From a bacterium (GTDB lineage Bacteria; Bacillota_I; Bacilli_A; RF39; UBA660): a stretch of DNA of 51,245 nt. Both the position numbers and the translations under genes were made by a program. Of the stretch, positions 38,925 through 47,960 are shown one piece after another; positions within the stretch are counted from its first letter, which is position 1; each line of letters begins with the position of its first letter. The stretch is taken from NCBI GenBank assembly GCA_030531425.1, contig JAUNNO010000003.1:1-51245 (forward strand). Direction: 5' to 3'. The notes beneath the pieces are model-generated. The model searched no databases. It was not told the DNA's origin and was given only the letters and a program-made list of their open reading frames with translations.

Positions 38925-39213
38925 TATAAATCTCAACATTGATAATTAAGTGAATCGGTCACAAATTGTGACCAATTGAGCATAAAATTAACAAACAATA
39001 ACTTAAAAATGAAAAAAATATAGGTTGTATCAGGACACACTTTGCAAACCTATATAAAATAAGACTTTCTTAAAATAAATTTAAAACTTGTAAAACTAAA
39101 AAGTTAAACTTTTATGAAATATTTATCCTTTAGGTTAAAAAAAAGGCTTGAATCAGGTAGCCAGCAAACCCTTATAAATAAAGGAAATAATGAAAAAATG
39201 TCTTCACTGCATT

Positions 39214-39220
39214 CAAAGAG
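39214..39220 (+). repeat. attR core CAAAGAG
   Basis: Matches 22904..22910. Confidence 0.85.
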
Positions 39221-39555
39221 TCTCTTTAATAAGAACACTTGCTACAAATCCAGATTTATTATTATTAGATGAGCCATTCTCTGCATTGGATTATCAAAGT
39301 AGACTTGCAATTTCTGATGATATTTATAATATCCTAAAAAAAGAAAAGAAAACTATGATTATGGTAACTCATGATATTGCAGAAGCAATTAGCATTTGTA
39401 ATAAAGTTATAGTATTAACTAAAAGGCCAGCCATTATAAAAAATGTTTATAATATAGAGCTTGAAAATAAATCTACCCCTATTAAAAATAGAACTGATAA
39501 AAAATTTAATTATTATTATGATTTAATATGGAAGGATATTGATTTTCATGTATAG
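39221..39555 (+). CDS. ABC transporter ATP-binding protein, 3' half
   Basis: VSLIRTLA..LLLLDEPFSALD (Walker B / D-loop), VTHD (H-loop). Confidence 0.9.
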
Positions 39556-40333
39556 TATAGAGCATAAAAAATATTTAAAAAAAAGAAAAAAAGAAAATTT
39601 TTTTATTATAATATGTCAAATATCTATAATATTAATTTTTATATTACTATGGCAAATACTTGCTAATATGAACCTTATTAATACTTTTATATTTTCGAGT
39701 CCTAAAAAAATATTAAATACAATTATAAACCTATACAAACAAAAAAAATTATTTAATAATATTTGGGTAACAGTATATGAAACATTTTTGAGTTTTAGTA
39801 TTGCAACTATACTAGGTATTATAATTGCTACAATTTTGTGGTGGAACAAAAAAGTACAAAAAATAATTGAACCCTATTTAACTATATTAAATAGTTTACC
39901 TAAAGTAGCATTAGGTCCCATTATTATTATTTGGTTTGGCTCTGGAATTAAATCCATTATATTCATGGCTCTTTTAATATCATTAATAATAACTATTATA
40001 AATATATTTGATGGTTTTAATAATACCAATATAAATAAAATTAATTTAATGAAAACAATGGGAGCAAAAAAATACCAAATATATTTTAAACTTATTTTAC
40101 CTAATAGTTTAAAAAACATAATAAGTACACTAAAAATAAATGTAAGTATGTCTTTAATTGGAGTTATTATGGGAGAATTTTTAGTATCTAAAAAAGGAAT
40201 TGGATATTTAATATTATATGGATCACAAGTATTCAATTTAAGTCTTGTTATAAGTGGTATTTTTATTCTTTGTATTGTAGCAGCAATTATGTATTACTTA
40301 GTATCCTTATTAGAAAAATATATTATAAAATAA
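39548..40333 (+). CDS. ABC transporter permease (NitT/TauT, YtlD-like)
   Basis: FSSP, PYLTILNSLPKVALGP, GVIMGEFL..KKGIGY. Confidence 0.9.
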   Translation: MYSIEHKKYLKKRKKENFFIIICQISIILIFILLWQILANMNLINTFIFSSPKKILNTIINLYKQKKLFNNIWVTVYETFLSFSIATILGIIIATILWWNKKVQKIIEPYLTILNSLPKVALGPIIIIWFGSGIKSIIFMALLISLIITIINIFDGFNNTNINKINLMKTMGAKKYQIYFKLILPNSLKNIISTLKINVSMSLIGVIMGEFLVSKKGIGYLILYGSQVFNLSLVISGIFILCIVAAIMYYLVSLLEKYIIK

Positions 40334-40357
40334 TAATGCCCTTAACTAGGGCATTAT

Positions 40358-40819
40358 TTAATATGTCTCATGATTTAATTTTTTATATTCTTCAAAAAGT
40401 TCAAGGCAAGCTTCTCTATCTATATTTATTAAATAATCTTTTAATTTTTCTCTACCCTCAAATATTTTGTCAAATTTATAATCTCTAAAACCTATACCAG
40501 AATTATCAAGTATAGTAGCGCCATAATATATTTTATCTATATTAGCCCACATACAAGCACAAAGACACATGTCACATGGCTCTCCTGTTGTATATAAAAT
40601 ACATCCCTCTAAATTATAAGTGTTTAGAGTTTTGCAGGCATCTTTTATTGCCATTATTTCCCCATGGCAAGTAGGATCCTTTTTTAATAGGACCTCATTA
40701 TGTCCTTTTCCAACTATTAGCCCATTATTTACTACAATAGCTCCAAATGGACCACCTTCATTATTATTTATACCAATTCTAGCTTCTTCTATTGCTTGAT
40801 GCATATATCTATTAACCAT
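40358..40819 (-). CDS. guaD: Guanine deaminase (cytidine-deaminase fold)
   Basis: GGPFGA, DPTCHGE, EPCDMC, GF.D. Start ATG 40819. Confidence 0.85.
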   Translation of the reverse strand: MVNRYMHQAIEEARIGINNNEGGPFGAIVVNNGLIVGKGHNEVLLKKDPTCHGEIMAIKDACKTLNTYNLEGCILYTTGEPCDMCLCACMWANIDKIYYGATILDNSGIGFRDYKFDKIFEGREKLKDYLINIDREACLELFEEYKKLNHETY

Positions 40820-40896
40820 AAAATAATCTCCTTTATTATATATTTTTATTATAACAAAAAAAAGCAAACTTTAAAAGTGAAGTTGCTTTTTTTAAG

Positions 40897-41223
40897 TTAA
40901 ATTAATCCTGCATCTTTTAAAACATGCCATATACAAGAATAACTTCTTTTTGCATAAAACTTACAAAATTTTCTTATTGAAGTGTTATTTCTTTTGTAAA
41001 GATTAATTATATACTCTCTTTCCTCATCTGATATTGAATTTTTAGGTTTCCTATTTGTGTTTCCATGAACAAAACTAAGAGTACCTGCTTCTAAATCTTT
41101 TTTTAGCTTTAATAAGTATTTTTCATGGTATCCTGTTACTTTAGCTATCTCTTTATAAGTCAAAAAACTCTCCCCTGTTTGAACCTTTTTCATCAAATTT
41201 ACAGCTTCTTCTTTTCTGCTCAT
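40897..41223 (-). CDS. HTH protein resembling the N-terminus of ISNCY/IS481-like transposases
   Basis: TYKEIAKVTGY, VHGNTNRKPKNSI, SYSCIWHVLKDAG. No DDE domain. Confidence 0.6.
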   Translation of the reverse strand: MSRKEEAVNLMKKVQTGESFLTYKEIAKVTGYHEKYLLKLKKDLEAGTLSFVHGNTNRKPKNSISDEEREYIINLYKRNNTSIRKFCKFYAKRSYSCIWHVLKDAGLI

Positions 41224-41276
41224 ACTATCACCACTTCCAATATATCACAAAAGTAATTATATTACAAGATAAAATA

Positions 41277-42305
41277 TCATTTTTTTTCTAAACAATGAAT
41301 ATATTCTATTGTATAATCCTTTTTATAATCTCTATCACAATCAGATTTAAATCTTTTATGCCTTTTTTCATATCTTTTATAGTTTCCAAATTTTTTCATT
41401 ATTCTTTCAATTTCTTCTATTGGAATTATACCCTCATCATTATAACTTAATAATATATATTTAAAATCCGCATTTTCTATTAAATCTTCTAACTCATTTA
41501 ATGCCTTACTTTTTATACAATAATTTGATTTTTTTGAATTCTCATCTCTTATTCCTGTTACTCCCTTTATTTTGGGATTATCATAAAGCGCTATAGTTTC
41601 TAACATATGATAATTTGTATCATATTTTCTAGTATTATAAGGCGGATCTAAATATAGAATATCTCCTTTTATTTTTCTTATAAGATTTTTACTATCTTCA
41701 TTATATATTTCATAATTTTTATTTTTAAATATAAGTTCTAATGGTTTTATTTCAATTACCTTCTCAGCACTTCTTTTTGTATTTTTTAAGAATGCTTCAT
41801 AAACAGAAGCTGTATTAGCTACTTTATCAGAAGCTTCTATTAGACAGGCCAAAAGATAAAAATATTCTTGTTCAGTGATAGTTTTTCTTTTTTTCCATTT
41901 TTCAATTTTTATTCTCATTGCATCAATTTTAAGAGCATTTATAGAAGTAAAATAATTTCTTCTATATTCCCTTTTCATAGTACCTTCTAAAGTATAATTT
42001 TTATATATAAATCCTTTTTTACCATTAAGACCATTTAAGCAAGAGAATGGATCAATATGTTTCTTATATAACTTTTCAAATTTTAATTCATCACTATTTT
42101 CTATTAAACCTTTTAATGTAACATAACTAAAATACTGTATATCATTAGCTATTATATTATATCCTTTTTCTTTAAAATATTTAGAAACTACACCAGTACC
42201 TGCAAATATATCACAAAATATAGTGTTTTTTTTAGGTTTAGTAAAATCTTCTATTACCTCATCTATATAACTTAAAATAGAATATTTAGATCCTATGTAA
42301 TTCAT
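41277..42305 (-). CDS. Adenine-specific DNA methyltransferase (D12/alpha class)
   Basis: MNYIGSK, DIFAGTG, YLDPPY, LSYN. Confidence 0.9.
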   Translation of the reverse strand: MNYIGSKYSILSYIDEVIEDFTKPKKNTIFCDIFAGTGVVSKYFKEKGYNIIANDIQYFSYVTLKGLIENSDELKFEKLYKKHIDPFSCLNGLNGKKGFIYKNYTLEGTMKREYRRNYFTSINALKIDAMRIKIEKWKKRKTITEQEYFYLLACLIEASDKVANTASVYEAFLKNTKRSAEKVIEIKPLELIFKNKNYEIYNEDSKNLIRKIKGDILYLDPPYNTRKYDTNYHMLETIALYDNPKIKGVTGIRDENSKKSNYCIKSKALNELEDLIENADFKYILLSYNDEGIIPIEEIERIMKKFGNYKRYEKRHKRFKSDCDRDYKKDYTIEYIHCLEKK

Positions 42306-42349
42306 TTCAATCACCCAGTTATATTTTAACATAAAAAAGACTATTTTTT

Positions 42350-43495
42350 CTAGTCTTTTAAAGATTTTATAATTTCAACTTTATCAAGAACTTCCCAGGG
42401 AAGCCCATTTTTTCCAAAATGTCCAAAACCAGTAGTTAAATGATATATAGGCTTTTTTAAATCTAATTCTTTTATAATGTTACTTGGTTCAAAATTAAAT
42501 ACTTTATTTATTATATTTAATATTTTATCTTCAGCTATTTTGTTAGTTTCAAAAGTATTTATATAAATTGAAAGCGGTTTTGACATTCCAATAGCATATG
42601 AAACTTGTATTTCAATCCTGTCACATAATTTAGCTGCTACTATATTTTTTGCTACATATCTAGCATAATATGATGCGCTTCTATCTACTTTGGTATAATC
42701 TTTACCAGAAAAAGCTCCACCACCGTGACCACAAACACCCCCATAAGTATCTACAATTATTTTTCTACCAGTAAGCCCACTATCACCTACTGGTCCTCCA
42801 ATCACAAATCTACCAGTAGGATTAATATAAATTTTAGTATTTTTATTAATCATATTTTTGGGAACTACAGCATCAATTACTTGTTTTTTTATATCTTTTT
42901 TTAATACGTCCAAATCTATCTCATCGTGTTGTGCCGAGATTAAAATTGTATCTATATATTTTGGTTTACCATCTTCATATAAAACTGTTACTTGTGTTTT
43001 TCCATCTGGTCTTAAATAATCTATTACTTTATCTTTAAAAACTTGCATTAATCTTTTAGAAAGAAGGCTTGCCATATATATTGGATATGGCATAAATTCA
43101 TTTGTCTCATTAGTTGCATATCCAAACATCATACCTTGATCTCCAGCTCCTATGCTATTTAAATCAATTGAATTATCAACTCCCATGGCTATATCACTTG
43201 ATTGAGTATTTATATTTATATCTATTTTTACCTTTTTCCCATTAAATCCCAATTTGTCATCATCATATCCAATATCTATAATAGTTTTTCTAACAATTGC
43301 TTCAATATCAATATTTGCTTTACTACTAACCTCACCCATTACTACAACCCCATTATAATATGCGCATACCTCAACTGCAACTCTAGAATCTGAATCTAAA
43401 GTTAAATATGCATCCAATATATTATCTGCTATTTGATCACATAACTTATCTGGATGCCCTAAAGTTACTGATTCTGATGTAAATAATTTTTTCAT
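42350..43495 (-). CDS. metK: S-adenosylmethionine synthetase
   Basis: [40 protein letters not shown]. Confidence 0.98.
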   Translation of the reverse strand: MKKLFTSESVTLGHPDKLCDQIADNILDAYLTLDSDSRVAVEVCAYYNGVVVMGEVSSKANIDIEAIVRKTIIDIGYDDDKLGFNGKKVKIDININTQSSDIAMGVDNSIDLNSIGAGDQGMMFGYATNETNEFMPYPIYMASLLSKRLMQVFKDKVIDYLRPDGKTQVTVLYEDGKPKYIDTILISAQHDEIDLDVLKKDIKKQVIDAVVPKNMINKNTKIYINPTGRFVIGGPVGDSGLTGRKIIVDTYGGVCGHGGGAFSGKDYTKVDRSASYYARYVAKNIVAAKLCDRIEIQVSYAIGMSKPLSIYINTFETNKIAEDKILNIINKVFNFEPSNIIKELDLKKPIYHLTTGFGHFGKNGLPWEVLDKVEIIKSLKD

Positions 43496-43516
43496 AAATA
43501 CCTCCTTTTTTACCTC

Positions 43517-43548
43517 AAAAAGAAAAGTACATAGATAACCTATGTACT
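43517..43548 (-). terminator. Riboswitch-controlled terminator in the metK leader
   Basis: AGTACATAG/CTATGTACT hairpin followed by TTTTCTTTTT. Confidence 0.8.
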
Positions 43549-43557
43549 ATTGATTAT

Positions 43558-43654
43558 CCTCATCTTCCGATATTAATATCGCAGGAATTAGCACCTAACT
43601 TAAATAGGTTGCTGGATTTCATAGGGCCTGATCCCTCCATCACTCTTAATAAGG
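43558..43654 (-). ncRNA. SAM-I (S-box) riboswitch
   Basis: CCTTATTAAGAG..GGAGGGA..GGCCCTATGAA..CAGCAACC..GGTGCTAATTCC..GAAGATGAGG upstream of metK. Confidence 0.95.
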
Positions 43655-43700
43655 TAAATTTTTATTTACAATATAATTTTAATACCACTTATTTAATTTG

Positions 43701-44012
43701 TCAAATTTTCTTTCTCAAACAAATACGAATAGTGTAAAATAAGAAAAACACCATTATACCAATATATAACCATAATAATATATCGTAAAATATTCCATTA
43801 GTATATTTTGCTATAATAGCAGGAAATGAATCTGGAAATACTCTATTAACGAAATGCTTAAATTCTTTTATTCCTATATGATTAGCTATATAATCTATTA
43901 ATCTTAAAAAAATATCAATACTTGCTATAGAATATACTATTTTTGAAAATCTTCTAAACCAGCAGAAGCAAAATATAACAAGAGCAATAACAATAATAGC
44001 ATCTATATACAT
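43701..44012 (-). CDS. Small membrane protein
   Basis: About 3 TM segments, GAGGTGG RBS. Confidence 0.7.
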   Translation of the reverse strand: MYIDAIIVIALVIFCFCWFRRFSKIVYSIASIDIFLRLIDYIANHIGIKEFKHFVNRVFPDSFPAIIAKYTNGIFYDILLWLYIGIMVFFLFYTIRICLRKKI

Positions 44013-44062
44013 AAAACCACCTCTATCATACTAATTAAGTATATCATAAATATATAGCAAAT

Positions 44063-44980
44063 TCAATTAATTTTAAATGATTTATCATTTAGACTACTTA
44101 AAAAATCGTGATATGAATCTAATCTATTATTTAGATAATAAAGTTGCTCTCCAATCATCATAATAATATATTTAATCCAAGCATTTATTGCTTCATTATT
44201 ATCTATATCATTTTTAAATCTAATTGCATTTTGTTTATCAAAATAAGTTAATCTAGTTAAATCAAAACTTTTAGATAAATTAATTATTGGATACTTAAAA
44301 TTTTTATCATATTTGATATTTATGGCTGTTTTTAAATATTTATTTAATAATATTCTGGCACATCTTCCATTACCATTAGAAAAAGGATGAATTTTAATAA
44401 ATAATACATGTATTAAAGCACTTTTTACTATAGGATCATCTAATTCATTACCTTGTAAATTATTATAATACTCTACAAATTCTTTCATATAAGTTTCGAT
44501 TTCCTCAGGAGCTGGTGGAATATGAACTGCATAATTAATTCCATTTGAATCTCCAATCCATACTGGTATCATTCTATAATTTCCACTTAAATTACTTTTT
44601 TCTTCTTTTACATATTCTTGATATGTTATATCCTTATTTTTTTCTTCTCTAATTTTCTCAAACGTTTCTCTATCCAATATTTTATCGTTACATCTAACTG
44701 AAGCATTTAATAATTTTATCAATTCTTCATTTATTTTAGTTTCATTCATGGCTCCTTCGTCATATAAAACTTCAACTGCCGGTGAATATAAAGTTCTTTC
44801 TAACTTGCTTGAATCTACATTTTCTTTAAAAAGATAATCTCTTAAAAATATTTCTTGGGCTGTTTTGTTATAATGCGATAATTTTTCTATATATTGTTCT
44901 ATATCTTCCCATACAAAGCTTAACCTTTTTTTTACTGAATCATCTAATTTAACATTTTGTAAAAATTCTTTTATTTTCAT
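44063..44980 (-). CDS. Fic domain protein
   Basis: HPFSNGNGRCAR. Confidence 0.9.
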   Translation of the reverse strand: MKIKEFLQNVKLDDSVKKRLSFVWEDIEQYIEKLSHYNKTAQEIFLRDYLFKENVDSSKLERTLYSPAVEVLYDEGAMNETKINEELIKLLNASVRCNDKILDRETFEKIREEKNKDITYQEYVKEEKSNLSGNYRMIPVWIGDSNGINYAVHIPPAPEEIETYMKEFVEYYNNLQGNELDDPIVKSALIHVLFIKIHPFSNGNGRCARILLNKYLKTAINIKYDKNFKYPIINLSKSFDLTRLTYFDKQNAIRFKNDIDNNEAINAWIKYIIMMIGEQLYYLNNRLDSYHDFLSSLNDKSFKIN

Positions 44981-45043
44981 TTTATCACCAGTTATATATT
45001 ATCATTAATTAAAAAATTAGTCAAAAAAATAATCCAATTAGGA

Positions 45044-45580
45044 TTATTTTAAAGCATCTAATAATTCTGCTTTTTTCATAGTAGTATAACCATCTATGTT
45101 TTTATCTTTAGCTAATTTTTTTAATTCAGCTACAGTTAATTTAGATAAGTCTTCACTAACTTCTTTTTTTTCTACTTTTTTAGTTTCAGTTTTAGTAGTT
45201 TTTACTTCTTGCTTAATAGTTTTTCCTTCTAAAGCATCTTTAGCAACATTAACTAAATTTGAGAAAGCTTTTTCATCAGCTATAGCTATTTCACTTAACA
45301 TTTTTCTATTTATTTCAATATTAGCTTTATTTAATCCTGAAATAAATTTAGAATAACTAATATCATTCATACGACATGCTGCATTTATTCTAGTTATCCA
45401 TAATTTACGCATCTCTCTTTTATTTTGTTTTCTATCTCTATATGCATATTTTAAAGAATGCATAACTTGTTCTTTAGCTGTTTTATAAAGTTTATGTTTT
45501 GATCCAAAATAACCTCTAGCTAATTTTAAAACTTTTTTTCTTCTATTCTTATGAATATTACTTCCTTTTACTCTTGCCAT
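45044..45580 (-). CDS. rplT: 50S ribosomal protein L20 with a C-terminal Rho_N-like extension
   Basis: [24 protein letters not shown], plus about 60 extra C-terminal residues. Confidence 0.95.
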   Translation of the reverse strand: MARVKGSNIHKNRRKKVLKLARGYFGSKHKLYKTAKEQVMHSLKYAYRDRKQNKREMRKLWITRINAACRMNDISYSKFISGLNKANIEINRKMLSEIAIADEKAFSNLVNVAKDALEGKTIKQEVKTTKTETKKVEKKEVSEDLSKLTVAELKKLAKDKNIDGYTTMKKAELLDALK

Positions 45581-45600
45581 CTTGTTTCCTCCTTCTTAAA

Positions 45601-45798
45601 TTAAAATTGAACTTTTTTAAATCTATTTGCATCTGCTTTATTTAATTCTGATGCTTTTCTACCACATCTATTTGATGCCGCATTTTTCTTTCCTGTATTA
45701 TGTCTTGTTCCAGGATGTCCTATACTAATAGAACCACTTTCTCTTACATTTAAAACTTTCTTAGTTCCTTTATGTGATTTAATTTTGTTTTTTGGCAT
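45601..45798 (-). CDS. rpmI: 50S ribosomal protein L35
   Basis: MPK.KIKSHKG; 65 aa, basic, between infC and rplT. Confidence 0.88.
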   Translation of the reverse strand: MPKNKIKSHKGTKKVLNVRESGSISIGHPGTRHNTGKKNAASNRCGRKASELNKADANRFKKVQF

Positions 45799-45808
45799 AT
45801 TATTCCTC

Positions 45809-46339
45809 CTATTTTTCTTTTTTTGGCATAAGTATCATTGTCATATTTCTACCTTCCAAAATCGGCTTTTGCTCTATATCTGCAACATTCGATAATGAAT
45901 CTGCAAATTTTAATAAAACATCCCTGCCTAATTCAGTATGAGCCATTTCTCTACCTTTAAAACGAATTGACGCTTTTACTTTGTGTCCTTTTTCTAAATA
46001 TTTACTAGAATTTTTTACACGTGTATCAAAGTCATGTATATCGATTGCAACGGAAAGTCTGTACTCTTTCATTTCTAAGTTCGCTTCTCTTTGCTTTTTT
46101 ATATTTTCTTTTTGTTTCTTTTTATTTTGATATTTAAATTTATTGTAATCCATTATTTTGCATACTGGTGGATTACCGTTTGGATTAATCATAACTAAAT
46201 CAAATCCTGCATAGGTTGACAAAGTAAGCGCATCCTTAATTGATTTAATACCTAACTGTTCTCCATTTGGACCGATAACCATAACCTCTTTGGCTCTAAT
46301 TTGTTCATTAATAAACAAATCTTTTTCTCTGTTTGCTAT
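45809..46339 (-). CDS. infC: Translation initiation factor IF-3
   Basis: INEQIRA, PPVCKIMDY, RFKGRE. AGGAGG spacing points to an ATA start at 46339. Confidence 0.95.
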   Translation of the reverse strand: MANREKDLFINEQIRAKEVMVIGPNGEQLGIKSIKDALTLSTYAGFDLVMINPNGNPPVCKIMDYNKFKYQNKKKQKENIKKQREANLEMKEYRLSVAIDIHDFDTRVKNSSKYLEKGHKVKASIRFKGREMAHTELGRDVLLKFADSLSNVADIEQKPILEGRNMTMILMPKKEK

Positions 46340-46369
46340 AACAAACACCTCCTAATATCTTATACCATG

Positions 46370-46470
46370 AAAAAAGTGCATACAAATAGTATCCACTTAA
46401 CAATAAACACAACATTCATTGGCATTTACCCATCACTTAAGCAATCGGGTGGATGTGGATACATCACTTT
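46370..46470 (-). ncRNA. L20 leader (autoregulatory attenuator)
   Basis: Upstream of infC-rpmI-rplT. GTATCCAC can pair with GTGGATAC, competing with terminator AAGTGGATAC/GTATGCACTT-T tract. Confidence 0.7.
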
Positions 46471-46544
46471 CCGCTTTCCGGCTTTCCGCTTTCCTTTTTC
46501 ATACAACAACGATTATACAATTAAAATTGTATTTTGTCAACACT

Positions 46545-47552
46545 TTATTCAAATAAACTAGTATTTGCACACGCTTTTAAGTCATATCCACTAATAATTT
46601 TCTTTTTATAAGCAAAATATCCAGCTGAAGCAATCATAGCTGCATTATCAGTACAATACTTTATATTCGGTATTGTTAAATTTATTCCATTTGCCTCACA
46701 AAGACTAGTAAATTTATCTCTTATTCCACTATTAGCAGATACTCCTCCAGCAATTATCAAATTTTTAACATTATATTCTTTTAATGCTTTCATAGTTTTT
46801 TTAGATAATACTTCTACCACTCTATTTTGAAAAGAACAAGCAATATCTTCTTTTCTAATTTCATTTCCTCTTTGAAGTTCATTATGAACCAAATTAATAA
46901 CCGCACTCTTTATTCCACTAAATGAGAAATTATATGTATTATCATCAAGTGGTAGTGGTAGTGGATAGGTATCTTTTCCTTTATAAGATAACCTATCTAC
47001 CATAGGCCCACCAGGATAAGGAACACCTATAACCCTGGCTACTTTATCATAACATTCACCCACTGCATCATCCAATGTGCCTCCAATTTTTTTAAAAGAA
47101 TAATGATCGCTCATATATATAAGTTCGGTATGTCCTCCTGATATTACAAGCGCTATTAAAGGAAACTTCATTTCTGATACTAAGTTATTTGCATATATAT
47201 GACCTGCTATATGATGAACGGGAATTAATGGTTTATTATATATATATGAAAGTGTCGTTGCAGCTAGAACACCTATCAAAAGACATCCTATTAATCCTGG
47301 CCCATATGTAACTGAAATTGCATCTATATCATCCATAGTAAGTGATGACTTTTCTAAACATTCTTCTATAACCATTGTAATATTTTCAACATGCATCCTA
47401 CTTGCAATCTCTGGTACTACTCCTCCATAATTTGAATGTGTATCCATCTGCGATAAAACAACAGTAGTAATCTCATCGCACCCATTTTTTACAATTGACA
47501 CACTAGTTTCATCACAACTTGTTTCTATTCCTAATATATATATATCCTTCAT
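46545..47552 (-). CDS. tsaD: t6A tRNA threonylcarbamoyltransferase TsaD
   Basis: LGIETSCDET, GGVVPEIASR.H, HHIAGH, CTDNAAMI. Confidence 0.97.
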   Translation of the reverse strand: MKDIYILGIETSCDETSVSIVKNGCDEITTVVLSQMDTHSNYGGVVPEIASRMHVENITMVIEECLEKSSLTMDDIDAISVTYGPGLIGCLLIGVLAATTLSYIYNKPLIPVHHIAGHIYANNLVSEMKFPLIALVISGGHTELIYMSDHYSFKKIGGTLDDAVGECYDKVARVIGVPYPGGPMVDRLSYKGKDTYPLPLPLDDNTYNFSFSGIKSAVINLVHNELQRGNEIRKEDIACSFQNRVVEVLSKKTMKALKEYNVKNLIIAGGVSANSGIRDKFTSLCEANGINLTIPNIKYCTDNAAMIASAGYFAYKKKIISGYDLKACANTSLFE

Positions 47553-47960
47553 CTAATCACCCAAATTCTTAATCATCAAAAATCCATCCTCTGATCCATA
47601 ATAATTTTTTCTTATTGTAGATATTTTATAACCATTTTTTTGATAAAATTTTATAGCTATTTTATTACTTTCTTTAACTTCTAATGTTATATTTTTTAAA
47701 TTAGAATAATTTTCTAAATATTTTAATAAATTTGATCCTATAAAATTATTTCTATATTCATCTAAAACAAAAATATATTCAATCTCAATTCTATCATATA
47801 TATAATCAAACAATAATACTCCACAAATACTATTTTCCTCATATACAATACATTTTAAAAATTGATTTGTTTTAAAAGAATCTAATGTTAAAGTATAATT
47901 AAAATTTTTAAGCAACTCATTTACTTCTTTTAAATCTGTATTTTTAAATTTTCTAATCAT
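47553..47960 (-). CDS. rimI: RimI-like GNAT acetyltransferase
   Basis: TLEVKESNKIAIKFY..G..RKNYY; between tsaB and tsaD. Confidence 0.85.
   Translation of the reverse strand: MIRKFKNTDLKEVNELLKNFNYTLTLDSFKTNQFLKCIVYEENSICGVLLFDYIYDRIEIEYIFVLDEYRNNFIGSNLLKYLENYSNLKNITLEVKESNKIAIKFYQKNGYKISTIRKNYYGSEDGFLMIKNLGD

Larger units (their letters stand above)
22911..39220. mobile_element. Integrative mobilisable element, 16,310 bp, serine recombinase type
   Basis: Splits an ABC ATPase gene. 7-bp direct repeat and inverted arms TGTCTTCA/TGAAGACA. Carries recombinase, MobV, AAA helicase and XRE regulators; no conjugation channel genes. Confidence 0.9.

Noticed and set aside
39190-39213. Independent start MKKCLHCI for a 121-aa ABC protein
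   Set aside because: These codons come from the element's att arm; the product would lack Walker A.
22911-39220. Self-transmissible ICE or tailed prophage
   Set aside because: No VirB4, coupling protein or virion genes; only a relaxase, so mobilisable at most.
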